Of a DNA stretch of 64,000 bases, positions 46,401 to 56,726 are shown one piece after another (position 1 is the stretch's first letter; every line of letters starts with the position of its first letter). This DNA is from Cyanophora paradoxa CCMP329 (Eukaryota > Plantae > Glaucophyta): positions 98,853-162,852 of the forward strand of contig QPMI01000241.1 in assembly GCA_004431415.1 (NCBI GenBank), written 5' to 3'. Position numbers and translations under genes: made by a program. The notes under the pieces are model-generated. The model was not told where the DNA came from. It ran no database searches and saw only the letters and a list, made by a program, of their open reading frames with translations.

Positions 46401-48535
46401 AAAACTTCATCATAACCGATGTTAAACATATACATGCGCGGCCTTGCAGATGCGCGCTAGTCTGGTGACGGTCCTGATGCTGCCGAAGAATCGGGTCGCG
46501 GCTCTAGCCGAGAACGGCCTCATCCTTGTACTCTGCAAGGTGCACCGAATTTGAAGCAGTCGCCATGCATATGGCCAAGTCTCCGAAAGCTGACCCCTCT
46601 GGAGATTGGGGTGTCGTATCTTCGGGGACGTCGCACTATTCTCTCCATGCGCCATGGCCAGGTCCCGATCCCCCTTCGATCTTGTCTTGTTCAACCATAA
46701 TATTAATACTAATTCGCCCACAGGTTCCACAGGACGCGAACGAGCATCCGGACAAGGCCTCGGCCGCGGGGGAGACTGCCAAAAACGAAGCGTCAACGTC
46801 ACTTGCCGTTGCCGGTACATCCTTTTTTTATTGCGTTTCCGACGTCGACTACCTCTTTCGAGCTCATGATCAAGCTCCTCTATATCGCAGCTTGCGGATC
46901 TCAGCCACCAACGCCGATATCGGCGTTGGCGGCTGTCGCGCTTGAGCCGGCGGCCGCGGGCCCCAGCTCGGACGAGGTGCTAGAGGAGGTTGAGCGGCGG
47001 GCGGGCGGGGAACCCTCCGCCCTCGGCCTTGCCGCCCTCGCCTCCCTCGAGCAGGTCCCCACCGTCTTCCTTAAGCTTTCATGTAGAGTCTCGGTTAAAT
47101 TTCGCTACTGAGCCGCGATCGCGACCGCCGCAGGCGGTCTGCGCACACTTTCACGCGCGCTCGTGGGAGTGCCTCGGCCTGGGCTTCTCCTTCCTCGCGT
47201 TCCTCGCCACCCACACCGAGCGGCGGGGCTCGGCCGCTGGCGACGCGCTCGGGCCAGCGGAAGGCGAGCGGATCGTCAGCGCAGGGCCTGCAGCTGGTCT
47301 CGCGGGTGGCTGTAGAGAGGAGAGGAGAGGAGAGGAGAAGCAGGGGCCTAGCCCGAGCGCCGCCTCTGCGCCAAAGCGGCCGCCGCCGCCGGAGGCGCTA
47401 GGCAGCTGCAGGCACCTGCAGCCCGCCGACGTCGACGAGGGCCAGGAGAACGCGGCTACAGCCGCTGCGCAGGCGGAGCCCTTTAAAGCCGGCGGCGGCT
47501 CCATGGCCAGAACGCACCCCCCACAAGCCAGTGCGGACGCGGACGCCGGTGGCGGCTTCACTTGCGACTCCAGCGCGCAGCGCGGCGAAGGGCCCGGGGA
47601 GCTCGAGACGCTCGGAGCTCGGCTTCCGGGGGGCGACGGGCTTGGATCCGGAGGCCCAGGGCGACACGGGGCAGGCGAGGCGGGTGGCGATCGCGACGGC
47701 GGCGCCCCGCACCGGCAGGCGTGGCGGCGCACGGCTGATCGCAAGGATTCTGCCCCCTGTCCATTGGAGCGGCTCGCTTTGCAGGACCCCGGTAGCGTCG
47801 CGGTGACTCTGCCTTGCACTCCCGCAGTCCTCTAGATCCAGATCTCCTGCATCCGAGCTGCGCGGCCGGCAGGTGGTGTCGGCGGAAGACATCGTCGAGC
47901 GCCTACGCGATGCCGTCCCGTCCTCCATCCGGATCCCCCGGGTGAGCGCGCTTTGGCGGCTCGCGATCGCTCTCGGAGCTCTAGATCTGAGGCTCGAAGG
48001 GCGCCCCTCGAAGGAGGGGCGCCGCGCCATGGCCATCGGGCGCTGGGGCGAGGTGCGGCCGGCCGCTCTTGCGCCGCGGCGAGATGGCCGTGCCGCCCGC
48101 CCAACGCGGCGCATGCGCAGGAGCTGGTGTGGCGCTTCCTGCGGGCGAGCCTGCCGGCCGGCACGCACGTGGAGTGGGTGAACGGGGCGGGGGAGACGGG
48201 CGCGCCCTTCGACGTGCGGGTGCGGGAGGCGGGGGGCCGGGAGACGCTGGTGGAGGTCAAGAGCACGGCGGCGCTGGCCATGGGCAAGGAGCTCTGCCAC
48301 ATCACCCCCGCCCAGCTCTGCCTCGCCGAGAAGGCCCGCGCCCGCTTCTGGATCGTCCGGTCCGCCCGAGCTGCGCGCGCCGATGAGTGCCCCGGAGCGC
48401 CGACCCGCGCGAACTCGAACTCGAAGGGTGTACGGGGCCGGCTCGGTGGAGCGGGTGCGGCTGGTGCAGGTGGAGGACCCGGTCCGCCTCTGGCGCCAGG
48501 GCGCCATCCGCCTCGGCCTCTTCCGGGATCCGTAG
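43436..48535 (+). CDS. NO VEIN-like protein (~1050-1100 aa): NOV-type N-terminal domain, three novel ~75-aa repeats, C-terminal DUF3883/NOV_C PD-(D/E)XK-type nuclease domain; ~26 exons
   Basis: N-terminal LENKVFCFIQ-VFMNHHSIVTLFELDEELCAAEAVKTYSALRL-GPLLKHPLVVKGF; second NOV-like motif LASLEQ-AVCAHFHARSWECLGLGFSFLAFLATH; C-terminal IGRWGE-ELVWRFL...VEWVNGAGETGAPFDVRV...LVEVKST...FWIVR-VYGAG...VEDPVRLWRQGAIRLGLFRDP*. Confidence 0.85.
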
Positions 48536-49551
48536 TTAGCTGTCTAGATCTGCACTTGCCTCGAGCATGTTCACCTCGTGTGAAAACTCCGCCATGTACA
48601 TGTCACAGTGTGACTGGTACTCTCGAGCCGGATCTGCGAGTTCCCGCAAAGGGCTCTTTAAAACGAAATTAAAGTGCGATTATCACTAGCTGCGATATCG
48701 ATATCGATAAATCTCCGAGGCTCGGGCCTCGGGGATTGCCAAGTCACTTGGTGAGCAAGGCAAGAGGCATGTGCATGGCATGCGCAAGAGATCTAGCTAG
48801 ATCTATAGAAAAGAAATTGCGGATTCGAATTCAAATTTAAGATTCAGTGTTAGTGTTATCGATCAATGATCCGGAATTCAATGAACTCGTCGAACATGAT
48901 CAAATTCATCCGATGATCGCCGTTAAATCATCACTCACCGTGGCACTGAGTCAGCTCGCTCTGCATGGACCGCGGTGATCCCAGGCCTGGCAATCAAAAT
49001 GCAATTGCAATTGCAGTAGAGTCTACCGTAGTCCTAGGAAGTGTCCATGTCACAACTGAGTTACAACAAAGTATGTTACAACAGATCGGAACTGTACAGT
49101 CGATCCGCATCCTTCTCGACTCGGCGAGCTGATGCTAGTACTGATACTTGATGCAGTTGCAATATAATGGCACTCATACTATGGTGCATGCACAAAGTAT
49201 TGTTACAAGTTACTTACAACAGATCTACTGGCCATGGGTCATGATCATGATCAACAGATCAACCAGTACCATGGTACTCAATTCGAGCTCGAAGTCGAAA
49301 AGGACATCGCAAAGTATGTGCTGTACAAAAACTACAGACTATAGCTATTAGGCTATAGCTGCGGCAGGAACGAGAATTTAAATCCGGTCCTGGCTGGAAA
49401 AGCGAGAGGAAAAGGCTAAGCTCTACAGTCGATCTGCAGCCCCCAGCTGCAGGCTAGGGCGCCAGAAAGGAGTTGAAAGCAGGAAACGCGTGTCGGAGTT
49501 CGCGATCGGCGCCGGGCGCCCGGCGGGGGCCGGGCGAAGGCGCGCGGCGGC

Positions 49552-51872
49552 CTAGAGGCCGGCGAGGCCGCCGCGGTGCTGGGCGAGGGGGTAGGCCTCC
49601 GGGTGGCGCGCCAGGTGCACCGCCAGCTCCTGTGGGCGCGCCCCCGTCAGAGGCGGCGGGGCGGGCGGGCGGGGGGCGGGCGGGCGGGGGCGCGGGGCGG
49701 CCTGGCGCTGCTCGGCGAGGTTCCAGGGCTCGGGCCCCGCCAGCACGTCCGAGAAGAGCTCCCCAGCGCCGGCTTCGGCAGCGCCTGCGAGGGCGAGGGC
49801 CGGCGTCACGCGCGCCGGCGAAGGGGCGGTGGGCGGGCCTCGGCGCGGGCGAGGGCGGCGAGGACGGCGGCGCGGGCGTCGGAGCGGAGCGCCTCCTCCC
49901 GCGCCCCGTCCCACCAGCCCCGCCCCTCCAGGTACCCCCGCGTCCGCTGCGCCGCAGGCCTCGGCGGGGGCGGCGGGGCGGGCTGCGGGTCGGGGGGGCG
50001 GGCCTCGAGGGGGTTGGCGAGCTGGCGCCAGGCAGCGATCTCGTCGGCCCCGCGGTACCGAGTCGAGTCGTCGCTCGTCTGCGCGCGCGCGAGCCGGCGC
50101 GTGAGAGGCGGCGGAGGGACGCCTAGGGGGGGCGGGGGGCGGGGCGGGGCGGGCCGAGTGGTGGCCGAGGCGGTAGGACATGGTCTCGATGAGCACGGGC
50201 CGCTTCTCCCGCACCGCCACCTCCCGCGCCGCCCTGCCGCCTCGCGTCAGAAGTGGGTTGGGGGTGGCATCATGAAGGAGGGGCAGACGTGCCTCACTGC
50301 GTTGTACACGGCCCTGGGGGCGGAGGGGAGAGGTCAACAGGAGTGTGCGCGAACGGGCGGGCGATGGGCGGCGGGGGGTACCAGAGATCCGCGCCGTCGA
50401 CGCGGATGCCGAGCATGCCGTACCCCGACGCCCGGCTCACGATGCCGTCGCCTCGGAACTGGGATGAGAAAGGTCACCAGAGAGTAGAGGGCCCGGGGGG
50501 TACGACTCCATACCTGCTCGTGGGCGCTGGTGGAAATGGCGTACCCGTTGTTGCGGCAGATGAAGAGCACGGGGCACTCCAGCGTCGCGGCGAAGTTCAA
50601 GCCCTGACGGAGAACTTCGGCGGGGGCACCGCGACTCGCGGCACAAGGGGTTACGCGTACCGCGTGGAAGTCGCCCTCGCTGGCGGCGCCCTCACCGAAG
50701 TAGGCGACGGCGCAGAGGGGCCGGCCCTGCAGCTTGAGGGCGTACCCCGCCCCCGCCGCCTGCGCCCGCGCGGGTCGGCGGCGGCAGAGCGGGGACCGCG
50801 CGAGCGGGGCGGGGGCGGGCCTGCGGGATCTGGGTGGCGAGGGGGGAGGAGACGGTGTGGTACCGCAGCGCGGCAGAGCCGTAGTGGATCCTGCGGGCGG
50901 GGTCGGGCAAGGGGCGCGGAGCGGGCGGGACGCAGCGCACGGCATCTGGCGGCCCTTGCCGTGCCCGAGCTCGTTCCCGACGCACTGGTTCAAGATTTGA
51001 TCCAGGGTGAAGCCCCGCCACATGATCACCTGCGGCCCGGCGCCGTCGGCGCGCGGCTCGGGGCGCGGCGCGGCGGGCCCTGCGCAGCGCACCCCGTGCT
51101 CCCGGTACTGGGCGAAGACCTGCGCTCCGGCGCGGACCCGGGGTGAGCAGGGCGCTGCGGGAGCGGCGCGCGCCCGCGCCAGTCGACGCCGCACCTCGTC
51201 CTCTGGGTCGAGCGCGGCAGCGGAGCCGATCTGCGTCGCCTCCTCTCCGAAGGACGTCATCATGAAGGAGATGCGGCCCTGGCGCTGCGCCTGCGCGGCC
51301 GCAGCGGCGCGCGCTTGAGCTCAGCGCTAGCCGCGGCGCGCGGAGGAGCCGTCACGCGCGCGTCGAGCGCACCTCGTACAGAATGGAGTCCTGTACGTTG
51401 AGCCGCACCATCGCCTCGTACATCTGAATCGTCTTGTGACCCTCTAGCCGCACGAGCCCGCGGCCGGCGTCGGCGGCGGAGACCAGCGCACCCTGACGGC
51501 CAGCGCCTCGGGGACATCGGGTTCTTCTGCGCCTTCAAGAACTCGGCCTTCTGCATTTGTAACTCTGTATGTGGTATGCACGACTGCGAGCGTGGGTGGG
51601 TTGGATGCGGTCTGCACGTATGCATGCGCCGCGTGGCGGGCCGCGGGCCACAACCACCTTTCGGCTGGATGAATTCCAGCTTGGGTTTGAAGATCCTGCT
51701 GTCCACAACGCTGCAAGCGGCGCGGGCCTGCCGGCGGAGAGCCGTGCGTGAGGTCAAGAAAGCGGCGGCCGCGGGGCTTGGGGCGCACTGGCGCGCTCAA
51801 TATCGGATTGTATAGCCGAGGGATGCGCCGCGCCGGCCGCAGGAGGCCCGCGGCGAGGAGCGGCCGAAGCAT
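49552..51872 (-). CDS. BCKDHA: Branched-chain alpha-keto acid dehydrogenase E1 alpha subunit, mitochondrial; spliced
   Basis: Presequence [125 protein letters not shown]. Confidence 0.96.
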
Positions 51873-52415
51873 GTCTCGCCTTTTAAGCTGCCGACCTCTG
51901 CTGCGTCGAATCCGAGCAGGTCCATTCAGCAGACAAGGTGGCACCCTCGAGTCGCCGGATCGAATCTGCAAAGGTTCCATTTCAAGGACGTCGGCGCGTC
52001 AGCGCGCGCCCGCGGTCCAGCAGCGTGGACTGCCGCACGCGCTAGCGCTGGCGACTGGCGCTGGCGACTGGAGCTGTAGATCTAGATCTAGATCTCACAC
52101 ATGCGGATTGCGGCAGTCCGCATGTCGACGTCCGGCGACGTCCGCATGGCATGGCCCACGGGGCGCGGTGAGCTCATTCAATCGTTGCATGCACATGCAG
52201 CCTATAGCTAGCTTCAAGATCCGCTAGCTAACATCGAACTGATAGTGAATACGTACGAGGGCCAAATGCAACTTGACGTTAATTTGCGTTTGTCAACGCT
52301 AATTAATGCGAACGTCAAGATTGAAAAACCGAAGACCAGCGCGATAGACTTTTTACAATTCGCAAAGCAAAGTGAGTGTACTGACTCAGTGTACATGGAA
52401 GAGCAGAAGGCCCCC

Positions 52416-55400
52416 TCAGGCGGCCGGGGTGGCGGGGGCGTGCGCGGGGCCGCGGGGCGCGCCGAACGCGCCGTTGGCGTGGAGGCGCGCCATCGTCTCC
52501 TGCGCCTCGACATCGCAGAGCGCCCCGCCCGCCACCAGCCGCCCCACCAGCGCCGTCTCCTGCCCCCGGCCCCCGCCCCCGCCCGTCAGCGCGCGCGCTC
52601 GCTCACGAGGCAGGGGCGCGGGGTGCACCGGGTCGAGGCCGTCCGGGCCGCCGGGGCCGGGGCGGGCGCGGGGCCAGCGTGGGGTGCCGGGAGGGCGGCG
52701 AGGAGGCCGCGCAGGGCGTCCAGCTCCGCCTCCGCCGCCGCCCGCTCCCGCCGCGCCCCCGCCAGCGCCTCCCGCGCCGCCCCCTCCGCCTCCTCGGCCG
52801 CGGCGCGGGCGGAGCGCAGGGCGGGCAGGGCGGCGGCGGCCGCCTCATGGCGCACGCTCGCCGCGACGGCCGCCGACGAGAAGAGGTCGGGGAGGGTGGC
52901 GAGGACATCGTCGCGGGTGGCGGCGCAGGGCCCGCGGAGGGCCTCGGCGAGGGCGGCGCCGTCCACCACGTGGCCCGCGACGTCGACGACCTCGGCCGCG
53001 CCGCGGAGGCGCTGCGCCGCCCACAGCTGCAGCGTCGGCCGCGTCTGCTCCTCGTAGCGCACGCGCGTCTCCTGCGGGGCGGCTGAGCGGGCGGGGCGGG
53101 CGGGGCGGGGCGGCGAGGCCGAGAAAGCCGCACGGTGCGTGTGCGGGGCACTTCACGGAGGACTTGGACGTTCTCAACCATCGTGCGCTTGAACGGGACC
53201 GGGATCATGCCGGGGCCCGGCGCGCCGGCCTCGCCCCCGCTCCCACCTCCCACGGCCGCTCCGATCGCCCCAAGGGCGCCGATGGCTGGGAGGGCGGCGG
53301 GGAGGAGGGCCCCGACGACGGGCGCGAAGGGAACGAGGAGGCCGCCGAGGCCGCCGCCGCGGGGCGGCTGGGGCGCCGGCTCGTACCGCACGTCCAGCAC
53401 CTCGCGCCCCCGCTGCTCCTCCTCCACGCGGTACTCTGCCCCCCGCCCCCCACCTCAGAGCGCCGGCGAGGAGGAGGAGGGGGGGGAGGGGGGGGAAGGG
53501 GGAGAGAGGGGTGGGGGTGGGGGTTGGGGTGGGGGTGGGGGGGTGGGGTGGGGGGCGCACCCGTGTAGGGGACCACCTCGTCGTACTCGACGGGCACGCG
53601 GAAGGTCTCCGCGGCGGGGACGGCCGCCGCGTACTCCTCGGGGCGCTGCACCACTTGCAGCTCCTGCCGCCCCGCCGCCCGCACCGCCCCCGCCCCGGCC
53701 CCGCGCCCGCCCCGCGTCCGCGCCCCGACCGGCGAGCCAGCGCTTCGCCTCCGTCTCGGCCGCGGCCGCCGCGGCGCACCCCGCGGCGGCGGCCGCCGCG
53801 TCGGCGACGTGGGCGGGGAGGGAGGCGCCGGCGAGCGAGACGACGAGCCCGGCGAACGTGAGAGACGCCGCGCCGACGAGCCTCGCGACGGCGCCCTCGA
53901 AGAAGCGGGAGGCCGCCTCGCCGGCGGCGCCGGCCGCGCCGCGCGCCTCCGCCTCCGAGGGCGGCGGCTGCCCCGGGCGCTCGGCGCGGTCGCGGAGGGG
54001 CGCGAGCTGCGCCTCCACTGCCGCCCTTGCCGCGTCGAAGTCGGCGACGGCCTCCGCCCCGCCGAAGGGCCCCGCCAGGAGCGCCGCGCGGGCGGCGAGC
54101 GCCAGCGCCGGGTCGCGGAGGCCGGCCAGGAGCGCGCGCACGGCCTCCGTGACGGCCTCCGCGTGGACCTGCACCCCCGCCGCGAGGTCCGCGTGGCGCG
54201 CCGCACTCCGGAGCGCGCAGCCGAGGTTCCAGCCGAGAAGGGGCGCGCCTGCGCTGCCCGCGTCCGCATCTACGGCGGCGGCGGCCTCGGCCTCGGCCTC
54301 GTGGCCTGCCGAGCCGTCAGCGCCGCGTCGACGCGGCGGCGCGGCGGCGCGCCCACCGCGTGCGGTCGCGAGAGCCCGCTCCTTCTCCCCGACCGTCGCC
54401 TCCGCTTGCTCCGCGGCGCGCGCGACCGCATCGACGACCATCTCGACGCCCTGCGCAGCGTCGGCGCAGCGCGAGCCGGGCCGGCGGCACGGCGCGCCTC
54501 GGCGATGGGCGTCAGGCCCGAGCGCAGGCGGCCGGCGGCGGCGTCGAGGAGGAGGGCCCGGTTCTGCACGACCGTCTCCACCAGCCGCGCCTCCAGCGCC
54601 GGCAGGCCGCTCTGCGCCGCCCCGCACGTCAGCGGCGCCGCCCGAATACGAAAGCGGAGGCCGAACCCCCATCGAATGCTGCTCGGCATAGGCGCGCAGC
54701 TCCGGCGCCGGGGCCTGCGCCCACTGCTCGCCGAACCCATGCGCGAACAGCTCGTCCTTCTCGCTGGCGGTCGCGTCGCCGGCGAGGAAGCGGCGGGCGA
54801 GCAGCGCCTTGCGCCCCGCCACGCACACCACCGCCCCCTCCGGCATGTCCACCTGCCGCCCGTCAGCCCCGCCCCGGGCGGGCGGCCCGGGCCCCCGGCG
54901 CCGCGCACCCCGGTCTCCGCGCGCAGCATCCGCACGACGCGCGCCGGCACGTCCGCCGGGCGGACGGCCCCGTCCTCCGCCGGGCGGTACTGGTCGACCT
55001 GCGCCTGCCGCGTGAGGCGGCGGCGCGGGCGGCGCGGGCGGGCCCCGCGCGCCTTGTTCACGACGACGATGATGCGGTCCGTGAGGTCGGGCCGCTCGCG
55101 CAGCAGCTCCGCGAGCCTCCTGAACGCCTCCGCGTTGGCAAGGTCCGTGTACGAGAGCACGAACACCACGAAGTCGCTCCGCGCCCCCGCCCCCGCCGTC
55201 TCCTCCTCCAGGTGCCCCGCCCCGGCCTCCCCGACGCCTGCCCCGCCGGCCCGCTCCGCGTCAGGTCCACCCAGCCCGCCAAGCACCCGCCGCGGCCCCA
55301 AACCGGCGCAGTCGAGGAGCCGGAAGCGCACGCCGGGCACCGCGGCGCTGCCCCGCGCCGCGAAGCCGATGTTCGCCTCCACGCACATGTCCATCTCTGC

Positions 55401-56045
55401 GACCGTCGTCACGCCCGCCCGCCCCGAGCGACGCCCGGGGGGTGCGCACGGCGCATTCTCGTCGCCTTCTCGCCCGAGCGGTCCGCGCGCGCCTCCATGG
55501 ACAGCGCCTGCAGCCGCCGGTAGATCGCGGGCGCCCCCCGCTCCAGTACAACGCGCGCCCCGTCTTGCAGGCCCGTCAGCACCGGCGGCCCCTCCCGCCC
55601 GACGTGCTCCACCGCCGTCGGTATCGCCGACTCCGATTGTGGCACGCTGCGAGCGCTGCGTGAGGCCTAGGCCTTCATCCACAGCCGCCGCCGGCCCGAG
55701 GAGGCGGGGCGCACACGGGCAGGACGATGGAGCCGAGAAAGGCGTTGCATATGGTCGACTTGCCGACGTTCGTCGCGCCAAGCATCATCACCATCGCGAG
55801 GACCAATTGGTTTGCAGACCGCACGCCAGGGAGGTACGCGGTCAGGACGCGATCCAGCGCAGCCTTCTCGGCAGCCGCCAGCGCTCCCGTGCAGAGCGCC
55901 ACGACGCGCGCCCGGCCGCCGCCCGGAGCATCCCAAGCCTTCGCTGGGGCGACAACCTCCTCTGCGACGCGACGGTCGACAAGGCGCAAGGCGATATACC
56001 GCGCTTTCAACGGCGCGGCTCACCAAGAGAGGGGATCTGAGCCAT
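52416..56045 (-). CDS. Dynamin-superfamily GTPase of the bacterial dynamin-like/mitofusin-like type; spliced
   Basis: G1 MLGATNVGKSTICNAFLGSIVLP, G3 FRLLDCAG, SDFVVFVLSY, G4 IIVVVNK-VD. Followed by long Ala-rich helices, a Gly-rich hydrophobic segment GGLGGLLVPFAPVVGALLPAALPAIGALGAIGAAVGG, and a C-terminal coiled coil. Confidence 0.72.
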
Positions 56046-56726
56046 CTTGACTGCGAGAAAGGCAACAAATCAGGGCGGGCACTGCACTGGCGCGGGCTTA
56101 ACGAGCACGTACGCACCAGATCGAAACGAAGCGTGGGCGCGGTATCGGCTGAGCGCGTGCTAAAAGCGCTATGTTAAAAACCCGACGCGCTGATGCTGTC
56201 GCGCGGCGAGTGCGGCAATTGAGCTCGGGCAAGAATGAGCACGGAGGCAAGAATGAACACGGAGTCGCATAGCTGTCCTGGTTAAGCGACCGGGGGTCAG
56301 CTCAGCAGGTCACATAACCGAGTTTAAAATTTGTTCAACTTGTTGACCTTGCGGGGTACAGTGTCCTCGACTAGCCGGTCTCATCGGGTCGACTCGACTG
56401 ACGTCGACGATATCGATCGAATTGCCAACTTGGCCAGCGCTTATAATTATAAGCTTCCACGCGGGATAGTACTACGGTACGCGCGCGCGCGCGTACGTGG
56501 CGCCGTGGCGCGTACGCGGCGCCGCGGCGCGTACTACGGTACGTAAACGCACGCGGCGCCGGCGTGTTTCCGAGTTTCAAAGTTCTCAAACTTGAAAATT
56601 CAAGGGTTTGCATTACGTGTACTCGTTCATGCATATGCTCTCACGGCGTGATGGGCATTCCCGCTCTGAAATCGTCCGAGTCGTCTTCGAAGTTCAGACA
56701 GCACGGGCGACTAGGAAGTGAGCGGG

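Noticed and set aside
53809-56040. Longest ORFs in the track (743 aa here; also 12956-14935, 57800-59494, 3547-5094) as real proteins
   Set aside because: They are Arg/Pro/Gly/Ala-rich shadow frames caused by stop-codon scarcity at very high GC; they are antisense to, or read through the introns of, recognisable spliced genes.
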